From the NCBI RefSeq assembly GCF_009914755.1, contig NC_060936.1: a stretch of 64,000 nucleotides of DNA. The stretch is one strand, 5' to 3'. Every line of letters starts with the position of its first letter. The stretch's first letter is position 1. Source of the stretch: the human T2T-CHM13v2.0 reference genome, Homo sapiens. The position numbers and the translations under genes were made by a program. Positions 40,072 through 53,433 of this stretch are shown one piece after another. The notes beneath the pieces were generated by a model that did no database searches, was not told where the DNA came from, and saw only the letters and a program-made list of their open reading frames with translations.

Positions 40072-40151
40072 AAAAACAAAACAAAACAAAACAAAACAAA
40101 ACAAAACTAAACTAAACTAAACTAAACTAAACTAAACTAAACTAAACTAAA
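40072..40151. repeat. Compound pentanucleotide STR (AAAAC)n(AAACT)n
   Basis: Directly visible; about 6 AAAAC then about 9 AAACT units. Confidence 0.95.
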
Positions 40152-40988
40152 AGAGTGTTCTGCCAGCTATCAGGTATGGGTGTTCTAATCAGGAATGGGG
40201 AAATGTTCACAAAATTTGTCCAGAAGTCCAGGAGTCCCACAGCAGGCCTGACCTGAGGCTTACTCAGTTTATTACCCAGCATCCACATTTTTCCATTCTA
40301 ACTAAGTGGCAGTGATAATGTTTTTGGCAATTGTCATCAATATAAGCTTGAAACCTATAGCCAAGCGTTCTTTAACTGTCTCCCTTCATGCTTTCCCAGT
40401 GAATTGTACCTGAGTAAATAGCTTTGGGGAAGGCCTGAGAGTTTGTTTACATCGTATACTTGTCATGGTATTGCTGGATCCTTCCTCCTAAAGATATAAA
40501 CCCTTTTCAGTGAGTGACTTCTTCATCTGAGAACTACCTCAGATCTGAAAACTGGGAAAAAAAAAAAAAGTCTGTACTTGATTGGTCCATCCTCTTTCAT
40601 AATCCCGATGATCTACCCTTGATTTTTTGTTGAATTACTATAGTGATAAACATTTTGGCTGCCCATCTATCTTGCCTTAGGTTTTATTAGCTATCTCCAT
40701 AGCTCTCTGTAGTTAGGCCTACTGGTCTGCTCTCAACTGTTCCATTCTTTATCATCATTGTGCCTGACTCTATAGTTCATCTAGCCTCTATTATGGTCAC
40801 TACTATCAGTGAGCTCAGGACAGTAATAGCATCTTCTCCACAGATTCTGCTATCCACAGGGACAATCTTACTTATTTAGAAAATCTTATACTCTGATCTA
40901 AAATCTGATCTAAGATCTAAAATCTTACTGATTTTAGAAAATCTTATACGCTAGAATGTTTTGGTTTTATGTAGTAAATATGTACTAG

Positions 40989-41347
<359 letters not shown>

Positions 41348-42364
41348 ACCTCTTAGCATTTCTACTTCACTTAAAGTGGAAAACACTTTCAGCATGCTTC
41401 TAGTGCCCAAGCTCCAACATAGTCGTAATATAACTTCATTCTTCCAGGGTACTTATCACAGAGTTAAATACTCCTTCATGGAAGAGTGCACCCATATTGA
41501 TAAACTGATAAATTCTCCATTGTCCAAACTTTGCTCTTCAATTCAGCATTTTCATTATCTATTTCCATAAATATATACCATATTTCTTCTTGTACATGTT
41601 AGCTTGGTCCAGCACTCCCATACTTTTACTGGGTATAAACCTTTCACTTTCAGAATCCCAGTACTCTCTGAGATATGTTGTGATTTGACCCTAATTATTG
41701 GTCTGAAGACCAAGAAAGAAGTAGGGGTATCCTGGGGGAGCACATATTCTCTTGCAAAGCAGAGACCTCTGCATCATCTTTCAACAAGGGCTGGGAATTG
41801 GATCACATCTCTAGATTTTCTAGTGCATTGAGCCAGATGTACACATCCCAAGTTTCAGGTTCCCTTCTTCCCTAATTAGAGCTTGGATTGAAAATTAAAC
41901 CTTCCCTGGAATTCTACTACCCTTAAAATTACATCCTGTGCCTGATCCTCAGCCTCATCTGTCCTTTAGCTCTAGGAGAAGAGAATCTCTTTAGAAACTG
42001 CCAAGAAAGTCCTCTGTTTTTCATATTTTACCCTAAATTAATGATTAATTACACTTAGCCCTTTATTGTTTTCCAATGCATTAGTAAAATCTAGCAACAT
42101 TCATCCGATTTTGTTATCCTATGTAATTAGTACTTGCTCTAAACCTCTAAAATGGCTAATGTATTATAGACGAGACTACATTTGCTTTTACTAAGGCTTT
42201 ATTACATCTGTGAAATGTATAACAATGGCACCACTAGCTTTTGCCAGAGGCTGTCAGTACTCTAACACCATTGATAGTATTCTTATTGCCAGCCAGCTGG
42301 CTGGTGATTCAGCTCCAAAATCCCACGTTAGAGTCTGCTTGCTAGGAACACACTTCGAACAAAC

Positions 42365-42799
42365 TCTCTTTAGTCAAAATCTCCAGAAAACTGAATTTGA
42401 AATGGATATTGTACCTAGGTGGCTTATTGGAGGAGAATAATGGAGTAAGGGAAGCAGGATAGGGTAGAGTTAAAAGCTGAAATATGATTCAGTTACAACA
42501 GAGATCTTAGCTGATCCTACTAGACATTCTAGAGTTCAGATGGGCCCTCAGAGTAGTCCAAAGTTTGGCCAAGAAGGCTGGGCCTTTGTATCCCTGTGAA
42601 TAATTTTCACTGGATACAATCTACCTCTTGAGGAAGGGTATAATTTTGGTACTTCAACTCTCATCCATTTGGATCAGGGAAATTCTTGGAGAAAGTTTAG
42701 GTGTGAGCTCTAAGCATCTAATACTCCTGTCATGTAGGGAAACAAGTAGCTCACTATCTATGAAGGGATCTTGGAAGTACAACATCCAGTTTATCAGCA
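42365..42799 (-). mobile_element. LTR16C-like ERVL LTR (5' LTR of the provirus)
   Basis: AGGGAAGCAGGATAGGGTAGAG..CAGTTACAACAGAG..AGCTGATCC..GGCTGGGCCTTTGTA..GAAGGGATCTTGG. Its 3' end adjoins the internal leader GTTTGTTCGAAGTGTGTTCCTAGCAAGCAGACTCTAA. Confidence 0.78.
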
Positions 42800-42955
42800 G
42801 AGATATGGAAAGTTGTGAATGAAACTGACTCGAGGAGAAGAGAGAATTTAGCTTTAGATGTATCCCCCAAGTAAGAAAGGTTTATTTGACATTCAAATGG
42901 AGATTAAAGTAGGCAGTTTGAAAGAGTTTGGGGCTTATGAGAGAGGACTTGGGCA
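42800..42955 (-). mobile_element. L2 continuation
   Basis: GAGAATTTAGCTTTAGATGT..GACATTCAAATGGAGATT.AAGTAGGCAGTT. Confidence 0.65.
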
Positions 42956-43765
42956 AAAAAAAATAAAAAAAAAAGAGAGTTTTCTATGTGTGTACTTTCA
43001 AGAGCTACAGGGTTAATGCCAATATATATTCTAATTCTCAAACTGTGTTCCATTTTGTGCCTGTTTGCTATTCTATCCTTCTCTACTGCCAGAGTGTCCA
43101 ATACTCGTCTCAGCCTCCTGCATATTTTAATATTTTTTCTGCTGTCTATCATCATCTTGTTTCTGTTCATCTTTCCCTTTTGATTTTCTGTGTTTCCGTG
43201 CCTCTCAAGTGTTTCTTAATTTATCATATGCTAATCACTAGCAAGTGCCATTGAATTATCCTTCAACTAATCAAGTCCAGCCCTAGGACTCTGACTGTCA
43301 TTAGTCCTGCAGCAAAGGACTTCTATGGAGGAGGCCTAGAATTCTGAATAATAAGGGCCTTCTGGGAAAGGAAAAAAAAGAGAACAGATGCTCAGTTGGT
43401 AACCACCATTTTACACTGTACCTTTCTTAGATTTCTTGCACTCCACTCCATAAATCAGTTCTTCAGTTAGAGATTCTCAGCTCATAATTAAAAATTTTTA
43501 TAACATTATGTTATATATAGTTATTTAACTTTGGTCTCTCAAATTAGAATATAAACTCCGCAAGTTTTTGGTTCACTATCCTCTCCCTAGTGTTTGGCAC
43601 ATAACAAATGCCCAGTGTAATTTTGTTCGAAACCCTGCCCAGTCAGAACCTACCTTTATTTCTGTCATCAATTAAGTTAATTATTCTATTTAAGGATAAA
43701 ATCTTTAGATCTTGCTTTCTTTACATTATCTTTGGATATAGAGGTTTGGCTTTAAAGAAATACTT

Positions 43766-44135
43766 TATACACCATGGAATACTATGCAGCCATAAAAAAT
43801 GATGAGTTCATGTCCTTTGTAGGGACATGGATGACATTGGAAATCATCATTATCAGTAAACTATCGCAAGAACAAAAAACCAAACACCTCATATTCTCAC
43901 TCATAGGTGGGAATTGAACAATGGGAACACATGGACACAGGAAGGGGAACATCACACTTTGGGGACTGTTGTGGGGTGGGGGGAGCGGGGAGGGATAGCA
44001 CTGGGAGTTATACCTAATGGTAGATGACGAGTTAGTGGGTGCAGCACACCAGCATGGCACATGTATACATATGTAACTAACCTGCACATTGTGCACATGT
44101 ACCCTAAAACTTAAAGTATAATAATAATAAAAAAA
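43766..44135 (+). mobile_element. L1PA2/L1PA3 3' end, 5'-truncated
   Basis: AGTAAACTATCGCAAGAACAAAAAACC, AGATGACGAGTTAGTGGGTGCAGC (GAG, not Ta ACA), GTACCCTAAAACTTAAAGTATAAT plus A tail. Confidence 0.92.
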
Positions 44136-45679
44136 CAAATTTCATTACTTGATTCATTTAAGTCCACTATAATGAGAATTGGGATATCTTACTGTTCTTT
44201 CTAAAAATTATACATGCCTTTATTTCAATTAAGTTTAATTCAAAGAAATTGGATTATGCTCCAAGATATGTAATAAAAGGAAATAGGGCATGCTTTTTAT
44301 CAGTCACTTCAAAAGTTATTAATTTTCCATTTTTAAATATATCTGTGGAATTACAGCTCAAATAATAAGCATACCACTCTCCAAGATCAATGAATTAACA
44401 AGAAAAGAACTCTAAAATTAAACCTGTATGTATTGGAAAATGCTGGTTATTGGTGCAAAAATTTGGGGTGTGACCATTTACTTGATTGTAATAATATTAC
44501 AGATGTGATAATAGTCAATAACCCAAACTCAATATTGAATTATTTAAAATGTGACTGTAGTATAAGAAATGCACATAAATGTAAATACAGAGCAAAGTTA
44601 CACATAATATAGAGTAGAGTAGCCTGAGATATATAAAAGGTAAAGGATTTCTATTAGGAAACCATTCTCACAACAGGATCTGGTAAGAATTACATGAATC
44701 ATTTCAGAAATGTATTATTCACTGTAATTTGTGAGTCCCTTATTTCACTTTTAGTGGACTGACATTGGAAAGGATATATTTAAACATAGGTGGGTGTTTG
44801 TCTTTAATGTGTTAGAGATTATCAGATTTCTTACATAGAGTTATATTATTATTAACTGGAAGCACTGTCTTATGATCAGAAATTTAAGGAATATTGCCCA
44901 GACAGTGATGCAACAATCTCTGTTCTTATAAGTATTTTGGAAAGGGTTATGACAAAAAATAACATACAAATGAGGAAAAAAAAACCAAAAAACTTTTCTT
45001 TTTCATAATCTAAAATGCTTTATAAACAACTGCATATTAGAGAAAAAGTGCACTTCTGTTCAACATTTGTCTTTTGAATGTCTACATTTAACATTTTACT
45101 ACTTTATAGATAAATGGAACCTGACATGTAATTCTAGAAGGCATATAGACAAGAGGAAGAGACAGATTTCTAAATAAACAACCATTGAAGCATGAGTGCT
45201 GATAGGCTGTGAGGCAATCTATAATGTAGGTAGAAAGTGTTCTGTAGATTTTTAAATGTTTGTTTTATTTGTGAATATCATTAATGGCTTCTTAAAGCAG
45301 TAGAGTTATTTGAGTTAGCTTCAAAGAACAGAATAAAAAGAACAAGAGAACAGGAGGATTCTAGATAGAAAGGCTTTTAGAAAGATAAAAATTGTGAAAG
45401 AAATATAAGCATGATTATAAGTCATTTGTAGGCTGCCATTTGAACTACTAGAGACATGCTCTGGTGGTATCATGTCCACTTTGCTTTCTGTTCTAAATGG
45501 AAATATTTAAAAGCCATTTAGTGATCTCCAAGTTTTCACTGAATATCTGCTTTTTTATATTTCTAGACCATTGCTTATTAAAAAAAAAAGAGAGAGAGAG
45601 AGTTATGTCCTTCCTATAAGTACGCCTGCTCCAGGAAAATTCAGAATTTCAATTTTCTGTCAGAATACTTCAACAAATG

Positions 45680-45722
45680 TATTGTACCATGGCTTTCTGG
45701 ACTATTGTACCATGGCTTTCTG
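45680..45722. repeat. 20-bp perfect direct duplication
   Basis: TATTGTACCATGGCTTTCTG at 45680-45699 and 45703-45722. Confidence 0.92.
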
Positions 45723-46649
45723 CCTATATTGATAATCCCAGGCCTAAGACCCTGGACTACCATGTAACAAAGGCTATCTTCAGAGATTTACCTTAAAGCT
45801 ATCTCTATTCCTTGGACTTGCTCTACCCAAAAGTGTGTTCTTTCAGCTTGTGAATTGGATCATCCAAATGTATATAATTCTTTCTGAAACTCAAGACAAT
45901 TTGGCTGTTACACTATCAGATGAAAGGGAGACATCAGGATCTGTTTCATCTTTACAGAGAGTCTAAAGATTTTTGTAAAAAAAGAATATAAAGGTTAATC
46001 CAGCTGTAGTTTGTCTTCAGTGAAGCCAAAGTTCATGACCATTACTTCTGCTTGTTCACTGCTCCTGTTTATTCAGTGTCTACTGCTTAGAAGGAGCAAG
46101 TTTGCAGAAGGAGACAGTGAATTCAGGTTTGAGTATGATAGAATTTAGGTGCTCATTGAATACCTATTATAAATACCACTGCTACTAATAGCTACCATGA
46201 ATCAATGCTAGTTTTATAACACGTATGGAACTATGTCCTTTACATGAGTTCACTAGTTGTTTGTATAAAGAATACCATATGTTTATAGATAGGAAAATTA
46301 AAACTTACACAAAGAATCAAAAGAAAAGCTTTAAATGTTCCATATATTTGAAAGTCATCTAAAGAGATGATAGATGAGGGTTTGAAAGTGAATATAATTG
46401 CTAAGAGAGAGCATATACAGTGAGAAAAAGAGCTGTTAAGCCTGACTAAATCCTTATTCATATACAGATGAATTGTTTCTACATTTGGCTCAATTCTGCT
46501 GCTTCTGTCAAGAGGCTAAGGTGATTAAGAGCCATTTAATGGTCTAGAAGCATGGTAAAGAGAAAGGATAATTTGCTTATCTTTCAGGGTTAGATGCCAA
46601 AGAAAATGACATGACTGAAAATGAAAATTCATAGATATATACAAAGTGC

Positions 46650-47085
46650 TTTATCTGTCTATGCCCTGAGAGGAAACAGATGGCATACTTTAACTGGATA
46701 ATTAGAAAAGAGTTTAATAAAGAGTTTATGAAAACTGTATGAGATACTAACCACAGGGTTAGTAATTGCTGGAGCCTACCAACACTACTAACTCTGAAGT
46801 GGAGAAAATTGCTAGCAGATTCAGAATGGAAGAATTGTGTGAAGAAAACCAATTGATATGAACTCTGCCGTTCAGTCTAGGGATACAGCCAGCCTTTGGG
46901 AATCCCACTGAAAGAAACACAGCACAGTACAAAATTGTCTTTACTTTTCTCTTTTCCTTTACCTTCAGTCAGTGGTCTCCACTGGCCAAACCCAATCATA
47001 TGCTGAAGGTTAACAGAGTACATTGATGTAGATCAAATAAGTCAGCTTCCTGAGACAATATAGCAAGATGGAGAAGGGCAAATAA
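46650..47085 (-). mobile_element. LTR33-like ERVL LTR
   Basis: AGGAAACAGATGGCATACT..AACTGG.TAATT..GAGTTTAATAAAG; CCACTGGCCAAACCCAA; CATTGATG.AG..GTCAGC.TCC..TGGAGAAGGG. Confidence 0.78.
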
Positions 47086-48554
47086 TCATAAGATTATGTA
47101 AGTTTGCACATAAAAATCAGATGTTTATCAGCAACTTGTTAAGGGTCTATGAAGACCCTTCCCCAGGCTAACACACAAAAGACGCGCATTAAGAGGATAA
47201 GAAAAATAAAAATACAAGAGTTCTGAGGAGAAAACTCAAAAGAATACCAAACCTTTAAAGGCAAGAGAAGCTCTCTTTTATGTTGTTACTTTTCCTCATA
47301 GGATCCCAAACAACCATTCATTTCTGTTCCTCATTCTACCCCCTGTCCATTTTGTAGTATTTAGGGACAAGTTATGAATATAAAAATACAGATGGAATTA
47401 TCAGTTGTATCACATACTTCAGTGTCAGTATGCACAAAAAAGGACACTTTATTTTGTGAATATTTGCTCATTAGTGATATGAAAGATAATTTCTAATGGA
47501 GAAATTGAGTAGAAGCAATATTTCAGAAGAATGGAAGCATAAATGCTCCCAGAAATATTAGAAGGCATAAGTTTAAATTATCCATTCAGGAAATTTGATG
47601 GTTAATAGACAATACCTTCAGGTAAAAATATCAGACAAAAAATTCTTCCTTAGGATGCAAAAATATAGAATATGTTTCTAAAATAAAGGAATTCTAAAAT
47701 AAGACATTCAAATGTGGAAGAATAATAAAAGGGGTTTTTAAGCGGAGACAACTTGCAGGATAGGTACGAAGGTTGGAATTCAGATGACAATAGAGTTGGT
47801 TCCTCAGTGAAGAAATGGCATATTTTTTTCTTCAAATCAAAAGATTTAATGATGAGTCAGAAAACATACGAAGCAAAACCAAAACCAGAAACAGAAACAA
47901 AAAAGTTAAGATATCCCATCATAGTTTACACCCAAGTAATACAAGAAGTGTGGTCATCTGGGTAAGTGTGAGTTCCATGCTAGAGTATTTTAATTAAGAG
48001 CTTCTTAAAAAGAACAGAGATTCACTCAAATCATTTTAAGTAATAGATTTATTTTGGAGCTACATAGATTGTAAGGCCGTGAATCACACAAATTATAAAA
48101 GAACAATTAGGCCTTGTAAAGAGCCAAAAGATATTAGTAGATTCAGATTTTTTTCAGGAATAAAAACAGATTACTCTGAATCCAATGCTACAGGTTATAG
48201 ATATGCATTTTAGGCATTTTATTGCTTTGTCACAAATATAAGTCATCTACATGCTTTGTGTCTATTTTCCTCACTATAAACTACATGTTTGTTTCTATGC
48301 TACTCAGTGAAAATATTCTGACCAGCTTTGTTCAGAAATGGCAAGTTTCTGAACTTTGCATTAAACTGCTGGCAGCATAGCTTGTCTATCCTTTGATGGA
48401 ATACTAACCTGTGATTTAATTAGTTTTGTGGAGGATTTGGAGTCACAGACTGTTGTTACCTACAGCTACTTTTCAATGGGAAATGTGAGCATAGCATAGC
48501 AGGAGGAGGTAGTCATCTGGACTGATATTTCTAGTATGATGTGTGAGATACTAA

Positions 48555-49090
48555 GATTCCAGATATTCCACCACAAAAAAGAAGAGGTAACTATGTGAGG
48601 TGACAAATATGTTAGTTCGCTTGATTGTGGTAATCATTTCACAGTGTATATCTATATCAAATATCATGTTGTACATTTTAAATATATATAATTCCTGTAT
48701 TAGTTTGTTCTCACACTGCTATGAAACAATTACCCAAGACTGGGTAATTTATAAAGAAAAGAGGTTTAATTGATTCACAGTTCTGCTGGCTGGGGAGGCC
48801 TGAAGAAACTTACAATCATAGAGGAAGATATCTCTTCACAGAGTGGCAGAAGAGAGAATGAGAGCCAAGCGAAGGGAGAAACCCCTAATAAAATCATCAG
48901 ATCTCCTGAGAACTCACTCACTATAATGAGAACAGTATGGGGGAAACCATTCCCATGATTCAATTATCTGCACCTGGTCCCACCCTTGACACGTGGGGAT
49001 TGTTACAATCCAAGGTGAATTTTGGATTTCACCAAACCATATCAATTCATATTTGTCAACTACATCTCAATAAAGCTAGAAGAAAAAAAA
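48555..49090 (+). mobile_element. L1MA9/MA10-like 3' terminal fragment interrupted by THE1
   Basis: GGTAACTATGTGAGGTGA..TATGTTA..GCTTGATTGTGGTAATCATTTCACA; resumes TATTTGTCAA..CTCAATAAAGCT. Confidence 0.8.
48696..49044 (-). mobile_element. THE1C/D MaLR solo LTR
   Basis: TGTATTAGTTTGTTCTCACACTGCT ... CCAAACCATATCA; 5-bp TSD ATTCC/ATTCA. Confidence 0.9.
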
Positions 49091-50449
49091 GGAAACTAAA
49101 GCTAACACCAGTCACAAAAAGTCTTCTCTAAATTGCTCAAATTTGTACACTTAAAAGATATTGACAGTTCTTAAGACCAAAGAAGTAGTATTTATCCATG
49201 GAGCACCTTCTATTTTTTGAGAGATAAATTATAATGTGTCTAAACCACATAGGTATCCTTCATGCAAAATAGAATAATATTGGGCATGTAATCTAGTTTA
49301 CTGAAAATTTAAGATCCTAAATGAGTTTTTGACCTCAAGAACTGCATTTAATACTATCACCCCCCTCCCCCCAATTGGTACCCAGAGTGAGTGCTGTGAA
49401 AAAGGAGGGCAAGGATATGTTTCTTCTAAGTCACTATTTTAAAAAATGCTTTGTTCTACTGATATTTATGGAGTGGCTGCTATTGGTTGCTATAAATTAG
49501 GAACTATTCTAGGCACTGGAGATAGAGTTACGAGCAAAAAGATACTAGCTTATTTAGTATTCTTGTATTTCTATATTGCCATTGATCACAACACACTGTA
49601 TTTTACTCTTCTGTGTATTCATCAGGAAGTTGCCTGATAAATAGTAATTAGATAAGTTATGTATTTAGGGAAATTAAAAGAACTAAGACCGTCTTGTATG
49701 ATTATTGGGAACATTCAATGCATTTTAAATTAGGTTTGTGTCTATGTGGCAACAAAAAAATTAACTAGAGATGTGTAAAGCCAGGCTCAATGTCAAGGTT
49801 AATATCAGAAAAATTTATGTGCAGTGGTAAAGTTTTATCCTCCAAATCCTAGCAAAGCAAATTAGCAATTTCTTTTAAAGAATTACAGAATACCTAGGTT
49901 AATTTATAGATTTATTATTTTCATAAATTGCTTGTGGTGATTTATTTTCCCCTAAAATAATTCTTTGAGCTTTTTGCTTTGTTTTCTTCTCATTTATTAA
50001 ACACACTACTTCATTTTCTTCTCATATCTTAAACATACTGTTTTCACTTTATTCTTGTGCCTTCTGAATTCAGCCAAATTCCTCTAGGAGTACTTGTAGA
50101 ATAATCTCATTCTCTGTGTTATTCATAGTATGTGCCCTACATTTCTAAATTTTCAATTATAATTTTTTAAAGATTGCAATTATGATTATTTTAAATCAGT
50201 GTTTCTGTAGGCACTAGCTTTGGCAAGTGATGGTGAGGAACTTCTGATTTCACACCTGAATTTTAGTCATCAATTCTCTTCTACCAGAGAAATATTGTGG
50301 TTTTTTTTAGTTCTTTACTAGAATTCAAATAATTCATATTTGATGATGGTCTTCTTGAAGTAATCTTAATATAGTCAAGAACAACTTCCTCTTTATATCT
50401 TAATTTTCTTATTGTTGGTGCTGAGAAAATCAACAGTTGGCTAATAATT

Positions 50450-52620
50450 GAAATAACCACATTAAAAATTCTGTTGAAGTAATGGCAGAAAATCTTATAG
50501 GCCTAACACTCCTGGAAATAACAATTATAAACAACAAAATAACAATGTAACAATGATAAACATGTTTGAAAGCACTGAAGAGACTCAAAAACTAGGAAGA
50601 AACTGAAGGGGATATGACCCTTGAAAGAAAGATGCTACCCTCACTAATTAATTGAGACTCTCCTTTAGATAGCTTTTTAAATTTAGGACATTCTCCAGCC
50701 CTTGTAGTAGGCTTTAGAATTTAAGGAGAAAGGCGCAGTCATTTTGGACTGAGATTTCAGAATGGAGTTCAGGACTTCCAAAGTGGCTGAAAACTGAGAA
50801 AGCTAATTCTGGATGGGGCCACAAAATCTGTTAGTATCCTTCCCATGAGTGGTTCCTAAATTTTGCCTTCCTGTAGGAGACATCAAGGAGCCTGGTGGAA
50901 ATCCAAAGCTATAAAATTGAAAGAATTAACAGAGATGTCAACTCCTTCCCACTAGAGGGGAGAAAGAGTTTGGAGTTAGGATTAGCCAAGTTAGAGGGGC
51001 TTGATATGTGCCTGGGCTTTCCACAAATCTGGCTAATCTAAGCATAAAAGCCTTTCTCCACAAATTCAAGGAATCAGTCAGTAATTTAACTTCCTGCCAG
51101 AATAATATTCAAGAGTCTTCAAAAGAAATGAACAGCAACCATAGTCTCTAAAATGTGTCATATATGATATCAGTACACATTCAAAATTACTAGATATGCA
51201 GAGAAATGGTGAAATGACTCACAGTCAAGCAAAATATAGTTCATGAGGACAGAAACTAAGATAAACCAGATCTGTTCGTAACAGACAAGGACTTAAAGCA
51301 GATACTACAAATATGTTCAATAAAGTATGCAGAAGATGATAATGAGGGAACAGATAAGTAACATTGGTGGTTAAATAGCAACTATTAAGAACAAAATGAA
51401 AATAATAGAACTGAAAATTGCAATAATTAAACTGAAAAAAATGTTGCATTAACTTAAAAATGATTAGATATTGCAGAAGGAAAATCAACGAATTTGACAG
51501 TTCATTATAAAATGATCCAATTTGAAGAAAAGAAAAAATATCAAGTATTCTAACAAAACTGTAATTAAAATTCCAAAGGAAAGGAGAAAAAGGTAAACAA
51601 AACAAAACATGAAAACCTATATCAAGGCATTTCCAAAATTCGGTGAGAAAGGTTAAATTTCAGATTTAAAAATTTCAAAAAAACCCTCTTCTAAACACTT
51701 ATTCAAAAGAAATAAAGACAATGTCCACATAAAACTTGCATCTGAATGTTAATAACATCTATATTCATAACAGCCCCCAAAAGGATTAAAAAAACAACAA
51801 ATGTTTATAAAGATGAGGACTGAAAAACTACAATGTATTTATGTAATTGAACACTACAGAGCAATATTGAGAAAGTTTAGACAATGATATAGTTAGAGGA
51901 ACCAGTTTATATAGAACTGCTCTCACTTCTGATACCAATCACAAGTTTAGGGGGTTCCAAAACGACCCTTGGGGTTGATAATCCTCTAGACAGAATTATC
52001 GAATTCACTGAAAGCTCTTGTATCCATACTTAATGCTTTTTTTACTGGGAAAAGATAAAGATTAAAATCAAACAGGGAAAAAAGTGCATAGGATTAGAGT
52101 CTAAGAAAGGTCCAAACATGGAGATTGTGTTTTCTGTTCCTGAGAAATTATGGATACATTACTTTCCAGGTATTGATGTTTGATAAAACATAGAGTATTC
52201 CCAATCAGTGAAGCTCACCCAAGCCTGGATGCCCAGGGCTTAAGTATCACCTTAAGGTAGCCAAGAGCAAAGGCCAGAGCTTAATTCTTCATTACACAAA
52301 GCAAAAGGAATAAACTACTGGTACGCGTTACAAGTTGGTTGTATCTTGAAACATTTTACTGCATGAGAATAACCAGACAAAACATAAAAGTTATATGATA
52401 TTATTTATATGAAGTTCAAAAGCAGACAAAACTTAGGTATAGTGACAGAACTCATAAAAGTGGTTATTGATGGGACTTGAGATAGAACTAAAATGCACAA
52501 AGACACTTTCAGCATGTTGTAAATAATCTATATTTTAGTCGTAGGGGCAGTAATCACACAGATGTATACACTATATATTTGTCAAAACAAATTGCATAAA
52601 TCATTCATATCCAAATTTTT
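50450..52620 (+). mobile_element. Old L1M/L1ME: 5'/ORF1-region relic joined to a 3'-end relic
   Basis: AAAATTACTAGATATGCA, ACAAATATGTTCAA, ATTTCCAAAATT (ORF1 region); then ATGTCCACATAAAACTTG..GAATGTT..ATTCATAA.AGCC and TTTATATGAAGTTCAAAA.CAG.CAAAACT (L1ME 3' end). Confidence 0.62.
51895..52298 (-). mobile_element. MER21 (MER21C-like) LTR, internally deleted
   Basis: CACTTCTGA.ACCAA..CAAGTT.GGGGGT, TCACTGAAAGCT, AGATTAAAATCA, GAAGCTCACCC.AGCCT, GCAAAGGCCAGA..TTAATTCTT..TACACA. Confidence 0.8.
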
Positions 52621-53389
52621 TCTTGATTGAAAAATAGGCTGGATATTCAAGATTGTTATTAAATCTGTAACTAGACTGGATATGGAAGAACACATTTAAA
52701 TGGTCTGATTTCCCAGAAAATTGATCTAATACTGTTGGATCATATTAAAATGTGCAGCCATGAAATATTTGCTGAAGCTTGATCTGATACATTTCAACTG
52801 CTATAATATAGACATGGTCTGTTTTTTTTTTCCTAGAAATTTAGTGAGGCAAAAGTAATAGTCTCATTTTCAACCATTCCACTCCAAAGCATTACTAAGT
52901 TGGTTTATTAACATGACATATGCATACTAACTTCAACACTCTCCAGAAAGGGAGAATTATTTCATGTGGAACAAAATTTCAACACTTTTATTAATACAAG
53001 TTATAACAAAAATTTTGGGTCTGTGATAATTATGAGAATACCAAGAACAGTATCAATTATTTTCAGAATAGCTTTGATACAATAGAAAGCACATACATTG
53101 GTAATATCTTTTATGTTATATCTTTAAACTGGTTGAACATATGATAGTTTGCATATAGTTTGTATAAATTAGTTCAGGTCCCCAGATAGTTTTTTATTTC
53201 TTAATAATCAGAATATTTTTTGTACTGCTCAGTTTAATTGAGGAATAGACAACTTTCATCAATATTGTTTATATAACTTTTACTTAAATTAATAGGAGCA
53301 AATTCAGAGATGCTGCACTATTCCAGATATAATAATTATGGCAACATCTTCCAGTGCTTTTTCACAAAAGTCATTATTCTATTAATCTC

Positions 53390-53392
<3 letters not shown>

Positions 53393-53430
<38 letters not shown>
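53393..53430. repeat. (TA)n microsatellite
   Basis: About 19 perfect AT units. Confidence 0.95.
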
Positions 53431-53433
<3 letters not shown>

